Notes: a model not told the origin generated them from the sequence alone. A stretch of DNA of 64,000 bases from Selaginella moellendorffii (GCF_000143415.4 NW_003314293.1:1494457-1558456), one strand, 5' to 3'. Counted from the stretch's first letter, positions 12,377-25,754 are shown. Numbers and translations are program-made.

Positions 12377-14053
12377 CTACCGACGGTGGTGCCTGCTGTG
12401 CCTTTGGCTTGTGTCGGCGGCCTCGTCATCCTTCCTCGAACCCCTTCCACCATTGTGCTTGTCGACAGGAGGCTCGCTTCTTCGGCTCTTAATGACCACG
12501 GCGTCGTTATGATCGTTTCTCGAATCATAGCTTCCACCACCATGATCCCTTCCTGCATCCTTCCTGTCCCTGTGCCTGTCTTTCTCTGCGTCTCTATTCC
12601 TACTGTTCGAGTTTCGGTGGTGTCTTTTCCCATGCTTTGAATCCGAGTCGCTTGAGTCGTCCAATCGTCTGCTGTGCTTCTTTTCATCTCTATCGGGTTT
12701 TTCTTCCTCGTCCGTAGCTCCACCCTCCCTCCCGTCTTTTCTATGCCCGTGTTTTCTTGTGGGTTCCATATCTTCCGAGTCGCTACTTGAATCGTCGGTT
12801 CTCATCTTTTTTCTCTTATGCCTCTTCTCCTTCCTGTGCCGTTTTTTGTCCCTTTTTAAACGGTCACGTGAAAACGATGCAAGTGCGTCGGCCAATCCCT
12901 CTCCCAGAAAACCTGCGAAAAAATAAAACATTACTACACTAGAAAACAACGTAGCGAAAACTACCTCCATATTCGTCATAAACATCATCTTCCGCGATTA
13001 TCTGTTGATTCGGATCGTCGGGCTTAAAGCCGCCACGGGGAGGACTCATGCCTCCAAGTTGCTGTTTCAGCTCCCATTTATTCTGCAGCATGACATTGTC
13101 AGAAGACGATAAGAACACGCCACACAAGACACACTTACGTTTTCAGTCTGTCCAACCATCGCATTCAAAGGATCATCTCGCCTCAGCCGTGCTTGCTCGC
13201 TTGGCATAATAGTATCTTTCATGGTGCACTCTCGGTCGCCACTTTGGTGGCCAAAACTTCCACATCGAGCACATTTCACATTTCGGATCTCCACTCCAAA
13301 TGGCTTTGCACGAGCAATAGTTCCAGTATCGAGCCTGCTTGCACGACAGAGACCTGAGTATCATCTCTCGTAGCTCTAAAACTTACCTGGGAGCATTCTT
13401 CAAGGCAGGAAACTCTTCCTCAGTTGGCACAGGTCTCCCGTATATATCCAACACCCTGGCTTTTTTCTTTTCCGGCTGTGGCCTGGAAAGAAAGAACAGA
13501 TGCTAAGCACCACATCTAGAGCAAAGATTATATACATACCTGGTGTACTCCTCAGATGGAACAGGATCATCATCACCAAGTTTTTTCCTCTCATCGGCAA
13601 TCTCTGCTGCTCTGGCACTCTCAGCATTGTAACCAGGTGGTCGCAAATACATGAAGCTCAAAGCTTTCATAGCTTCGGCCTGGAAGAAAAAAATTCGTAG
13701 TCAGCCAAAATGATTCTAAGGTCGTTCGTGGAACTAGTAAAATAAAATTAAAGCCATACCTTCTCTTGTTCTTTCTTGGATAGCATCGCAGTTTGCCGAT
13801 AAAACTCTTGCTCTTGTGCAAACTGTGGAGAAGAAAGGATCAATAATCAAGCCAGCCAAATTCCCAAACTCACCTCTCGCGCAACATCCTCGTTCCGGCG
13901 CTCCCGCTGCAAATGTGTCTGCTCCGCGATCCATTTGCGCCGCTGGTTGGGATACGAGAGCGGATGCCAGGGCTTCTGATTGAGATAGGAATGGCTCCAC
14001 GCCGTGCCCGCCTTGTTCTTCAACTCCGCCTCTTGGACTGGCGCCTTCTTCAT
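12377..14053 (-). CDS. CIR N-terminal domain / CCHC zinc-knuckle protein (multi-exon)
   Basis: WSHSYLNQKPWHPLSYPNQRRKWIAEQ (CIR_N-like), CARCGSFGHQSGDREC knuckle and an R/D/K/H-rich tail. Confidence 0.85.
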
Positions 14054-14130
14054 CGCAAACAGTACCCTAAAATCTAGGGTTCGTGAGCTACACTCCTAAG
14101 GGGTTTTAAAGAAAATTTTAAGTTTCGGCT
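14054..14130. promoter_or_regulatory. Very short divergent intergenic region with telobox-like motifs
   Basis: 77 bp between the two ATGs; contains ACCCTAA and CTAGGGTT. Confidence 0.5.
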
Positions 14131-14932
14131 ATGGCGAACAATGGCGGAGGAACTCCTCCGGCGCCAATGCTCCTTCTCGCGCTCCCCAATCCACACGCGC
14201 TGCTCGACAATCCTCTCGCCAGGGCCGCGGCATCCCGCATTGAAGAGCTCCAGGGTAGAATCAAGGAGGCCTTTTCACAGGCGCTAGCTTCGCTTCCTCC
14301 ACAACTACGTAATCTCTTCCCGGATCGATTGACAGCTTCCCAGGTATGAATCCTTCCATTCCTTTCAATGCGAGTAGATTGAGAGTCGAGAATCCTTCCT
14401 CCCGGAAAAAAAAAAAAACTTCCAATCCTCAGATATCCAGGCGAGCAATTCTCTCGAATCGTAGCAGCCCACTTCGTTGCCAGAACTTTGCCGCGATAAT
14501 TCCCGGGGACTCTCTCGCCGAGCTCGTCGTCACCAGAGGCATCACGAATTTCTTCAGCCTCTACAACACTCTTCTCATCGTCCGGATTATCTGTACTTGG
14601 TTTCCAGACGCTCCGCGAGCCATCGTCAATCCAATCAGGTCCGATTTTTTCTTGTCCTCGCACCACCATGAGCTGACACCATTTTCATCCTTTCTCGCCG
14701 CAGCACTGTCACTGATCCTTACTTGAATCTCTTCCGGGGACTGATACCACCACTGGGAGGAACGCTTGATTTTTCTCCAATCCTGGCTTTCCTTCTTCTC
14801 GATGCATTCGGTAATGCCGCTACTGCGCTGCCTGCCGAGTTACCCAAGCCGGAAGCTGGAATTTCTGCTGCTGCTTCTTCTCGGCGGAACTGGAGACAGA
14901 GAAAGTTTCTTCCCAGGAATAGCTCACCATAG
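14131..14932 (+). CDS. YLMG2: YGGT family chloroplast protein, YLMG2-like (3 exons)
   Basis: GITNFFSLYNTLLIVRIICTWFPDAP...DPYLNLFRGLIPPLGGTLDFSPILAFLLL...ALPAELP; two short GT-AG introns. Confidence 0.85.
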
Positions 14933-15077
14933 CTCGAGCTCTCATTTTGTGGAATCCATCTCATAATGTGGAGCAGCATTCCCAAAATCAATTGTTCACT
15001 CTTGTCGTGCCTACGTAGCAAACTGGATGATGCCATGAAAAATCTTCACCTGAGAAAATCCATCCTGGAACGAACAC

Positions 15078-16159
15078 CTACATGATTCTACCGCCAAGAT
15101 CTTCCGCTGGGCCGATTCTTCTCGTGCTGCTCTCGGCAATGGCCAGCGACGACGATGGAGAAGTGATCTGGTGAGACCATCCTGGGACGGACAATCGCCG
15201 CCTGTGCTTGAAGCCTCTTTCTGCAGCTCCTTGGTTGTCGTTGACTCCCCTGGGCTTCATCATCCTGTAAAGGTGGCACCTTTCCCAGAAATTCTTCACC
15301 CTGTTCACTGCCACCGGCAAAACCAGCAGCAAGATCCTGAGAATGAGAAACCACGACGCCAGCACCAAGTAACTATCGTTTTGAAGCCTCTCTGACAGAG
15401 CGGGCTCACTGGAAGTACTGTTTTCTGCGCCAAAAGCCTTCACCAACTTGGACGGTGGCATGTCTGCAAAAAGCCAAGAGTAACTCTGTAGAAGAAGAAA
15501 AAGCACGGAAAAGTACCTGTGATATTGGCATAGAACATCGTCAGATCCTCCAAAGTTCTCGGGCCCGAGTAACGAAACCTGGACGATCCACTGTGCAAGC
15601 ATAGCACTGGGAAACTATAGACTCCATACTTTGACAACACTCTGCAACAGTGTTCGCAAGAGTGAATTTAGCAGCCCACCGACAGCCCCACTAAAAAATA
15701 CAAAAGGAAAAGTCGTGTTTGAAGAACATACCCTGGCCTGATGGAAGACTCCTCCACTGCCACATGGAAGATCGTCGGGAACATCATCGAGAGTGTCTCA
15801 AACATTGGCTTGAGCTGCTTGGAGAACTGGCACCACGTCGCGTAGTAGAGAACAGCAGTGAAAGTTTCGTTGCTCAATGCCTGCTCCAAGGCTCCCTCGC
15901 CAAGCTGAACCACGCGATTTAAGCCTCTAGAGACGAAAATCACGCAATGCCATACCTCGATGACCCTGGAAGGCGATGTCGACCAGATCCTGGGGACAGC
16001 GTTGCGAGTGATTTTGGGGCAGGAATCCCGGAGAGGCAGCAGCAACTCCTCCAGCGATGGCACGGGGCATACAGGAGCTGCTACCGCCGCTGCTACCACC
16101 GCTGCCGCGGAGGCCGCAATAGCGAGCGCGAAGAGCAGCAGCCGGAAGCTCGTCCGCAT
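15078..16159 (-). CDS. 5'-adenylylsulfate reductase-like (APRL) thioredoxin-fold protein
   Basis: Signal peptide, VLYYATWCQFS (CxxS), LSKYGVYSFPVL, RYSGPRTLEDL and a TM segment YLVLASWFLILRIL. Confidence 0.85.
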
Positions 16160-16398
16160 CCTGGAAACCCCGCCGGAGAAAATCTATCTCAAAACCGGCA
16201 GCTCGAGACGAGAAGAATCAATTTCTAGAGATGGAGCGCCTAGAAGAGGAGAAATCGGGGCCAGGCGCATCGAATTGCGGGCACCATCGCGCGTGAAACC
16301 CTAACAGGGGAAAATATTCCCACTTGTCTGTAATGTTGAGATCCAACGGCTGTAAAGAGCACTTTGGTTAGATCCGACGGGCAGGAAGAGATAATCTT

Positions 16399-18054
16399 AT
16401 GGAACTGCTAGAAACTCGAGCTCGCGCTCCTGGAAACTTGCCAAAGAGGCGAAGAACTCGGCATTTCTATGCCAAATCCTTGGTTAGAGTGACCACCATC
16501 GACGAGGGAAGAGATTTACACGTCCAAATCGTCCGCGATGGCTACTCTCGCGAGAGATTCCTCGCAAACTTGCTGATCGAAATGTATGGCAAGTTTGGGG
16601 ATCTTGCGAACGCACAGCAAGTTTTTGACGAGATCAATGATCCCAATCTCTTCTCCTGGACGAATCTTATCGTTACCTACGCCCACAACGGCGATTGCGA
16701 GACATCCAAAGGAGTTTTCGATAGGATGCCCGAGAGGGACAGGGTATCCTGGACTGCGATGCTCAAGGCATATGCCACGAATCGCCAACTTGACGCAGCA
16801 AAGATCCTGTTTGAAAAGATGCCTTCTTGGGACGTCGTTTCCTCCACAGTGATGATCCAAGCATATTCTTTGGAAGGGTATATCAGCGAAGCAAAGAGAA
16901 TCTTTGGCTCCATCCCCGAGGTGAATCTAGTCCCTTGCACGGTTATGCTGCGAGCATATGCCCATACTGGGAATAATCGCGAGGCAAAAGCCATGTTTGA
17001 CAAAATGCCGGTCAAAGACATTGTCACGTGGACTGAATTAATCTCATCTTACGCTAATTGTGGAGACATTTTTAGCGCAACACAAACCTTTGACAGATGC
17101 CCCGAAAGAAATGTTATTATTTGGAATGCTCTTATCTCGGGATATGCCTTGAAAGAGCATATGAAAGATGCCAAGGAGATCTTTGATGCCATGCCCGAGT
17201 GGAGCTTAGTTACGTGGACATTAATGTTAAATGGCTACTTAGACTGCGAGAGTTTAGAGGAAGCCAAGTGTCTGTTTGACTCTATGCCCGAGCATGATGT
17301 TATTCTCTGCAATTCCCTCATAGCGGCATATTCAAAGGCAGGGTACCCCACAGATGCCGAAAGAATCTTCCAGACGATGCCCGAGCACAGCATTCTCTCC
17401 TGGACCGCCATGATGGCCGCCTTCGGGCAAAGTCAGCTCGTCCGCCTCGCGGAGTCAACTATGGTCAACGCTCCCGAGCGTGGCACAGTGGTGTTGACGT
17501 CCATGGTCGGGGCATTTGCTGGAGCTGGATGCATTGCCCAGGCAAGATCATTGTTTGACACCGTCCTAGAGCGCGACACCATCGCCTGGAACACCATGAT
17601 CCTAGCCTACGCTCGCATGGGTCTCGCAAAAGAGGCGCTGGATCTCTTCTACGAGATGGAGATCGAGAGTGGCGATCCCAACGCTGTCTCCTTCCTCGGC
17701 GTCTTGATTGCGAACAACCATCTCGGCCTCTTCAACGAGGCATTGCGCAATCTCGCGACGATGAATCGCGATCACGGAGTCACGCCCTGCGTGGAGCACT
17801 TGTGCTGCATCAGCGATCTCCTGGGAAGATCTGGGCTGATCGAGAGCGTGGAGGAACTGATCCATGGAATGCCCTGCCTCGCGGAGAATCGCGTTGCTTG
17901 GGGAAGCCTGTTTGGCGCTTGCCAGATCCAATCCTCCAGTGGCGAGATCAAAGCGCGAGCCGCCAAGCAAGTGTGGAAGTTGTACGGCAGACCACGGTGG
18001 AAGTTGTACGGTAGAGCACGCCTAGATCGGACGGTAGATTCGCAAGGAGTATGA
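16399..18054 (+). CDS. PLS-class PPR protein with E-like C-terminus
   Basis: Intronless 551-aa ORF with many short PPR motifs ending in PCVEHLCCISDLLGRSG...VAWGSLFGAC; no DYW domain. Confidence 0.9.
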   Translation: MELLETRARAPGNLPKRRRTRHFYAKSLVRVTTIDEGRDLHVQIVRDGYSRERFLANLLIEMYGKFGDLANAQQVFDEINDPNLFSWTNLIVTYAHNGDCETSKGVFDRMPERDRVSWTAMLKAYATNRQLDAAKILFEKMPSWDVVSSTVMIQAYSLEGYISEAKRIFGSIPEVNLVPCTVMLRAYAHTGNNREAKAMFDKMPVKDIVTWTELISSYANCGDIFSATQTFDRCPERNVIIWNALISGYALKEHMKDAKEIFDAMPEWSLVTWTLMLNGYLDCESLEEAKCLFDSMPEHDVILCNSLIAAYSKAGYPTDAERIFQTMPEHSILSWTAMMAAFGQSQLVRLAESTMVNAPERGTVVLTSMVGAFAGAGCIAQARSLFDTVLERDTIAWNTMILAYARMGLAKEALDLFYEMEIESGDPNAVSFLGVLIANNHLGLFNEALRNLATMNRDHGVTPCVEHLCCISDLLGRSGLIESVEELIHGMPCLAENRVAWGSLFGACQIQSSSGEIKARAAKQVWKLYGRPRWKLYGRARLDRTVDSQGV

Positions 18055-18593
18055 CCCGTACAGCCTATACGGACAAAAGTTTGAAACTAACCGAACGGCC
18101 AAGTGGGAGTTTGGGACGGGGACACTTCGTAGCCGTCAATCCCCGAGCACCATCGAGGATAAACTCACGTGGCACACAGCTGGCGATCTCCGGTTGGCCG
18201 CTTCCCCGGAGGACGTTGTGCCCGGAAGTGACGAGGAGCGCCAAAGAACTGAGCCTTATTGACGCAAAGAAAGTGGTGTCTAGGCTAAAAAGCGCGATGG
18301 AACCGCGACGAGCACCTTAGTGCGTTCTAGGGTTAAGATCTCTCGGTGGAATTCTAGCCGCATTGGAGGTGGAAAGTGCGATTTTTTCTCGCCCAGGTTT
18401 GTGTCTTCCAGCTTTCCAGGGCAAAAATTTTGACTGTAGGCGGATCTTTGTTTGTTTGTGAGTGGGAATGTGTGAGTGATTGAGGTTGCCATGACGCCTA
18501 GGAAAGAATTTTCGGTTCCAAGGATCAAAGCCGAAAATGTAGAGGCGTGGGTTTGCCTTCTTTTTTGACTCAAAAGTAAGGTTTTTCCAGGTT

Positions 18594-20263
18594 ATGGCTA
18601 TGGAAGCCGAAACGCAACTTATCGACATACGCAACAGAGAAGCTCCTCTGGCCATGGTTGTCAATGGCAGCGTGCATACGTTTTTAGAACCCTTTGAAAA
18701 TGGTTTTTCTTTTTCCGCACTTTTTTTTTTCTCTTTAACCTTTCTTCCATACATGATTTCTCTCTAACCTTGGGGGTAATCTTCTTCCCTGACAGGAGCC
18801 GCGGCAGAGGAACGACAAGACGAACAGGATGACCCTTCAAATGTCCCCGTAAGTTTTGTTCTTGAGAGGATAAGAGTAGAGTTTAATCGATGGGTTTGCT
18901 GCGAGTTTTAGAGTGGGGATGCTCTGAAAGGAAAGCAGATCCGCAAGAAATTTGGAAGGAAATTTTACACCGGGACTGTGTCGGAGTACGAGCCGGATAC
19001 AAACTGGTATAAGGTAGATGTGTTTCTTTTAGCTCTCTTTTGCCGAGTTACATGGTGCTTTTCTCCACAGGTAGTTTATGAAGATGGGGATAGTGAGGAG
19101 CTCGAGTGGGCCGAGCTAAAGCCACTTATCGCAGCGCAGGAACAAGTGTCGGCTAAGAAGCGCCGGGGTGGGGCCTCGACGCCAAAGAGGTGTGTTTCTC
19201 TTTTGACTTTGGATGCCACTCGAGCTTGCGCTGCTAATTTTGCCACAGCAAGAAGATGCGCAAGACCAAGCCACTGGAGCTTGTTGTCGAGGAAAAGATT
19301 GACTTGAACCAGGCCATAGAACAAAACGGGGGAGATAGTGTCGAAGAGCCGGAGCCGGGACAGCAGCGGCTTTTAGTCGTCGAGAGCTTTGCTATTGAAG
19401 TGGAAACTGGTGTGAACCCTGACGATGGAGCAATAGCGGCAGCAGCCGAGAAAGGAGAAGCAGAAGAACAAGAGAAAGAACAAGTGCAAGTCAAAGGGAA
19501 GAAGCGAGGAAGGCCGGCCAAAGCCAAAACTGCGAAAGTCGGGAAAGCCGGAGGCAAAGCCAAGAAAGCAGCAGCGAGCAAGCCGACGGGGACACCTCGG
19601 CGTCCGGCCAAGCGAGCGAAGACGGAAGCTAGCAAAGGCACACCCAGGAAAAGTGGTCGGCTTTCGCAGACTCCAGTGTCCGAGGTGGTCAGTCCGGCAG
19701 GGAAGCAACGAAAGCAAAGTCCGGGGAAACGTAAGCTCGGTCAGACTAAACCCTCATCAGCCGCGTCCGTGAGCCCCCAGAAGAAGCGACTCAGTGCCGC
19801 TACGAAGGGGAAAAAAGTCCAGGAATCGCAGGAGGAAGAAACTCCCGGGCTGAGTTCACGGGCCAGAGGTTCGAAGCTACGGGGACGTAAACTTACGAAG
19901 GAGTTTGACGGCCGAACTTTCCACGGAGAAGTAGCGGGCTATTCCAGTAAGACCAGATACTACAAGGTGTGTCAAATTTTGGTTGTTTTGTCTGTTTGGC
20001 TTTGGTACGTTTGTGCTGGCTACACCGATTTATAAGTTCTCTCGAAACAGATCAGCTACGAGGACGGGGACGAGGAAGAGTTGGAGTGGAGGGAGCTTGA
20101 GCCTCTCCTCTTGGAGGAGGAGGCTGTCTCCTCGTCCTCGGCCGAGGCAGCCGGGACTTCCAAGCGATCGTCGACGAAACGCGCAGCGAAAACTAAGCCG
20201 GTTTCTCCCAGGCCACTGCCTCCAGTTACCAGATCCAACCAGAAGCTGAGAGCCAGGTACTAG
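18594..20263 (+). CDS. Chromatin-type protein with two Tudor-like (PTM/DIR17-type) domains and an AT-hook
   Basis: GKQIRKKFGRKFYTGTVSEY...WYKVVYEDGDSEELEWAEL and GRKLTKEFDGRTFHGEVAGY...YYKISYEDGDEEELEWREL; KKRGRPAK; K/A-rich linker; start codon tentative. Confidence 0.75.
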
Positions 20264-20347
20264 CTTGAAGTTTTCTTTTTTCTATAGGTGCTTTTAGCTC
20301 GCCAGCGAGCCAAGTTTTTTCAATCCTTTGTTTTGGTTTTCTACAGA

Positions 20348-20647
20348 AGAAAAACGAGCAGTGTGAGCTAGTAGAACTCTCTATGAACTCCCGTGAACTT
20401 AGCAAAGAACCAATGTGATTGATCCATGCTTTTGCTGCTGCGACCATGAATCGAAAAGAATGTTAAAAGTCCGGGCTTGTTAGAAAAACGAGCAGTGTGT
20501 GCTAGTAGAACTCTATGAACTCGCTGTGAACTTACCAAAGAACCAATGTGACAATAAGATTGATCTTACCGAAGAACCAATGTGATTGACCGGTGCTTTG
20601 CTGCTGCGACCATGAATCGAAAAGAATTGTTAAAAGCCGGGGCTTGA
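20348..20647 (+). repeat. Imperfect ~135-bp tandem duplication in the 3' region
   Basis: AAAAACGAGCAGTGTG...GCTGCTGCGACCATGAATCGAAAAGAAT occurs twice; the second copy has an extra internal duplication. Confidence 0.8.
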
Positions 20648-21416
20648 TGGAAGAAAGATAGAGATAAAGTAGGCGAGAGCTTTTAAGTTTGCGTTAGTCT
20701 CTCGGCAGCTTTTCCTTGTCTATGTGCCTTTGTGCTGGTCTAGTTGGTCACTTGGGCCCTCCTTCAACGAAAAAAAATATCCCCACTAAACTCCCCAAGG
20801 GTAAAAGTGGTCACGAGTTCGAGCCTGGTGTTAGGGTTGACATATAGGTGTACAAAAGTACGGTATAATTCCGTATGGCCTCTCAAATTTACGGAGGTCC
20901 CAAAAACACCAGTGGGGGGAGTAGAGCACTGTGGCGGCTTTGCGAACGCGCGATGGACGATGGCGCATCCACGAGCGATCTAGCGCCGCGCCGCGGGAGC
21001 TCCTAGGGCGTGGGAATCTCCCCAGCGATTGGCGAATCCAGGTTTTGTTGCTGGCCTCTGGATCCATCTAGGTCGATCCCCGGCGCTGCGAGCTAGGGTT
21101 TAGGCAATGCGCCAGTGCTGCCGCGGGTGAAATCCAGCGCTCCCGGGGTGGAAATTTCTCGCGGATTTTGGGAGCGCCTCCGCCGCGAGGGCGGCAGCGC
21201 AGATCTTCGGGGGGAAAATGGTGCGGTGGAGGCAATGTGAGGGCTGGAGATAGGTGAGCGCGGCTAGGTTCTCCGGGATTTTGATGGAGGATTTGGCTCG
21301 CCGCGGCGGCCGCTGGACAGGATGTGGTGGCGCTGCCTAGAGGCGGCAATCCGTGGCCAAGGTGAGGAGAAGAACGAGGAGGAGGGTTTTAGCGCTAGGA
21401 GCTGGAGATTATCACC

Positions 21417-24400
21417 ATGGAGGTGGAATCCGCCAGCATGGGAGCTATGCTCGAGCAGCCTCAGCAGATTTCTTCGCAGCCACCGCCACCGCCGCCTCCT
21501 CGACCAGCTGCTCCTGTTGTATCCTCACAGGACGAGCAAAATCCAGCGTCCCAGCAGGCTCCAGTGCCAGGAACTCCAGACCAGGCACAGCAGCAGTCAC
21601 AGCAAGCAGCGTTCATTAGACCTCCCAGGCCGGCTCCCAGCTATCGGGTAGTGAACGCGATCATAGAAAAAAAGGAAGATGGTCCCGGGCCACGGTGTGG
21701 GCATACTCTCACCTCGGTGGCCGCGGTGGGGGAGCAAGGCACGGCGGGGTATATCGGCCCCCGGCTCATTCTCTTCGGTGGTGCCACCGCTCTCGAGGGG
21801 AATTCCGCCGCAGCTCCGACTCCACCACCCGCTGGAAATGCTGGCATAAGTAGTAATCCGATGTGATTGCTGCTTTTCGGGATTTTTCTCATGGTTTTGT
21901 GTGTGATCTTGCAGGGCTGGCTGGAGCGACTGCCGACGTTCACTGCTTTGACATTATTTCAAACAAGTGGAGCCGGTTAGTGACAACGAACGCTCTCTTT
22001 GCTTTTTTTCTTTTCCCGAGTAAGAATGTTCTTGTGTTGCCGTGCAGACTTAACGCCGTTGGAGAGCCGCCGTCTCCACGTGCTGCTCATGCTGCTACAG
22101 CGGTTGGGTCGATGGTTGTGATTCAAGTGCGTTCAAACTTTTGTGTTTTATATGCGAGCTTTTCCGACGAACTAAGTTTTTGCTTGTGACTCCAGGGTGG
22201 CATCGGGCCCGCTGGAGTTTCTAGTGAAGATCTTCATGTTCTTGACCTTACACAAGCAAGACCCAGATGGCACAGGTTTCGATCAGTCGTTTAGATTTTT
22301 TTCACAATATCTGATGTGGATGGTTTGTTCCAGGGTGGTTGTCCAAGGCCCAGGTCCCGGTCCTCGGTACGGACACGTTATGGCGCTAGTAGGACAGAGA
22401 TTTCTCCTTTGTATTGGAGGGAACGACGGTAAGCAACTTTGCGGTTTTTCTGCTATGTCGAGGTAACATTGGAACATGCGAATTGCAGGCAAGCGGCCTT
22501 TAGCTGACGTGTGGGCTTTAGACACAGCAGCCAAGCCTTACGAATGGCGAAGGCTAGAACCTGAAGGAGATGGTCCTCCTCCATGCATGTAAATGAAGCT
22601 TTTTTATGTTTTTAGTTTCTCTTGTTAATGGCTTTCCCTGCAGGTATGCTACCGCTAGCGCGAGATCAGATGGTCTTTTGCTGCTTTGTGGTGGAAGAGA
22701 TGCCAGTAGTGTGGTAAGTTAATACGGTAGAAGAATACAAGGTGTTACCGTTTTTTTGTGGCAGCCAATTGCTAACGCGTTTGGTCTTGCCAAACATCGG
22801 GATGGGAGGTGGGAATGGGCTATTGCGCCTGGTGTTTCGCCTTCCCCTCGGTATCAGCACGCTGCAGTAAGATTGACTTGAGCAGTTTTTGCCCTTTGGT
22901 AACAACGCCATTTCAGGTTTTTGTAAATGCTCGTTTGCATGTTTCGGGAGGCGCTTTAGGTGGTGGCCGGATGGTTGAGGATGGATCTAGTGTTGCAGGT
23001 TTGGATTTGCTTTTAGTCTGAGATAGAATTTAACATGAATGCAATTTTGCAGTTTTAGATACCGCAGCTGGAGTTTGGTGTGATAGAAAATCTATTGTCT
23101 CGAGTCCTAGAACTGGACGTTATAGTGCTGATGCCGCTGGTGGAGATGCTTCCAGTGAGCTTACAAGACGTTGTCGCCATGCAGCAGCTGCGGTCGGGGA
23201 TCTGATTTTTTTGTACGGTGGACTCAGAGGAGGTAAGCTATCTTTTGGACCGTTCTTTTGGACAACTTCTTCATGGAAACACTACAGGTGTTCTTCTCGA
23301 TGATCTATTGGTTGCGGAGGATTTGGCGGCAGCAGAGACAACACCGGCAGCGCTACAAGCTGCGGCAATAGCCGCAACTGCAGCTCCCAATGCGTCTGTA
23401 CCTGCTGCAAAGCCTGCAACCGATGGACAGGGGAAGCCAGCGCCTTCGTCTGACGGGTCTGTTGTGATGGAAGAACCTGTGGCAGGCCCCGTCAATGGCG
23501 ATATGACGATGGACATAAGTTCCGAAAATGCAGTTGCTGATCATCGGTAAGACTAGCGCCACATTGTTTTCCTTCTGTAGGATCTAAATCTTGAATTTCA
23601 GGACATCGAAAGGTGTGGAATCATTGGTAGAAGCTTCGGCAGCGGAAGCCGAAGCAATAAGTGCAACTATGGCCAAAGTAGCGGCTCTGCGTCAAGCAAA
23701 TGGGGAGGTTGGGAGTCCCGAAAGAGATGGTGGAGCAGATGCATCAACCAGTGGAGCCTCTCCTGTAACGAAGGGAGCTAAGAGGGAAAGCTCGACAATG
23801 AATCACACCCCACAGACTGGCGTGAGACTTTATCATCGTGCGGTAAGAGGTTACTTTAATATTTTGAAACTAATACAACTGCGAGTGGTTTGCAGGTCGT
23901 TGTTGCTGCAGAATCCGGAGGGAATTTGGGTGGTATGGTTAGACAACTATCTATTGATCAGTTTGAAAATGAAGGGCGCCGAGTAAGCTATGGCACTCCC
24001 GAGAGTGCGAATGCAGCCAGAAAACTTTTGGACCGAACAACGTCAGAAATTGGTGTCCAGAAAAAGGTTTCTTCTTTTTTCCTTTTCTCTGTCTTTGCTC
24101 TCTCTCATATTCACTTTCCAACAGGTGATTAATTATCTTTTGAAACCACGTGGTTGGAAGCCGCCAGTACGAAGGCAATTTTTTCTGGACGTTAACGAAA
24201 TTTTGGAACTTTGCGAGAAAGCGGAGAGGGTATTCCAACGGGAGAACACTGTGCTTCAAGTGAGAGCTCCCGTAAAGATTTTTGGCGATCTTCATGGGCA
24301 GTTTGGAGATCTTATGAGGTTATTTGATGAGTACGGGTCTCCTTCAACAGCAGGGGATATAACGTGGGTTTTTTTCTAGGCCCTTGCTTCGTACGATCTT

Positions 24401-25596
24401 CTAATTTACTTCTACTTCTTTACAGGTATATTGACTACCTTTTTTTGGGTGACTACGTTGATCGTGGTCAACATAGTCTCGAGACAATTTCGCTGCTTCT
24501 GGCGTTGAAGGTGTGCCATTCAATGAAGTAATCTCTTGGTTTCTTGTTTATAGTTTTCTCCGAACAGATTGACTACCCTCGGAATGTACATCTTATTCGT
24601 GGGAATCATGAGGCTGCTGACATCAATGCGTTGTTTGGGTTTCGCATTGAGTGCATCGAGCGCATGGTTTGTACTCACCATGTCTTTTTTTTTTTCGTTA
24701 TTGATATAGACATCTTCGGCAGGGTGAGCGCGAGGGAATATGGACGTGGCAAAGAATCAACCAACTCTTCAACTGGTTACCTCTAGCGGCACTGATAGAG
24801 GACAAGATCATCTGCATGCACGGTGGTATTGGGAGGTCCATAAATCACGTGGAGCAAATCGAGAACCTACAGCGGCCCATTTCCATGGATTCAGGATCCG
24901 TTATACTGATGGATTTGTTATGGTAGACCTCGATTTGTTCTTTTACTTTGCTGTTTCTAACACTTACGAGCAGGTCTGATCCGACCGAGAATGACAGTGT
25001 AGAAGGTCTCCGGCCAAATGCAAGGGGGCCGGGCCTAGTAACATTCGGAGTAAGTATTCCGCCAGCTACTTCCTGTCCGAGCGGTCGCTAACTTCCTCTC
25101 CTTGCTCAGCCTGACAGGGTGATGGAATTCTGCAAGAACAACAACTTACAACTAATCGTGCGGGCACACGAGTGCGTGATGGACGGGTTTGAGCGATTTG
25201 CACAGGGGCACTTGATCACTCTATTCTCTGCCACGAACTACTGCGGTGAGCAGACATAGTAGAATCTCGTCTATCAATGACATAACGCTCTCTTTCGATG
25301 GTTCCAGGCACAGCAAATAACGCTGGGGCGATTTTGGTTCTTGGCAGAGACCTGGTTGTTGTGCCAAAGCTGATCCATCCTCTTCCTCCCGCCGTCACGT
25401 CCCCCGAGTCGTCCCCGGAGCATCAACTCGAAGATACATGGATGCACGTAAGCCTCGAGAGTGATTTGGCATTTTCGTTTTGTTCTAAATCTCTTCTCGA
25501 TCCATCCAGGAACTTAACGTCCAAAGGCCTCCAACGCCGACGAGGGGCCGGCCTCACCCCGCCGGAAACGAGCGTTCAGTGGCAGCGTGGATTTGA
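21417..25596 (+). CDS. BSL: BSU1-like Kelch-repeat Ser/Thr phosphatase (PPKL, BSL2/3-like), ~20 exons
   Basis: [18 protein letters not shown] and GPRYGHVM Kelch repeats; GDLHGQ, GDYVDRG and RGNHE PPP motifs; C-terminal [15 protein letters not shown]...AWI; stop at 25594-25596. Confidence 0.95.
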
Positions 25597-25754
25597 TGTG
25601 ATTGTGGAAATGGGAGCGCCTCTCTTCCCTGAGGTAGTGTTTTTCGTAAAAAGAGATTAAAAAGGAAAAACAAAAAAGAGCATTCATTCTTTAGAGACAG
25701 GCAGTAGTGTACATTAAGACAGCAGCAGCAGCAGTCGTGTAAATTGGAAAAAGA

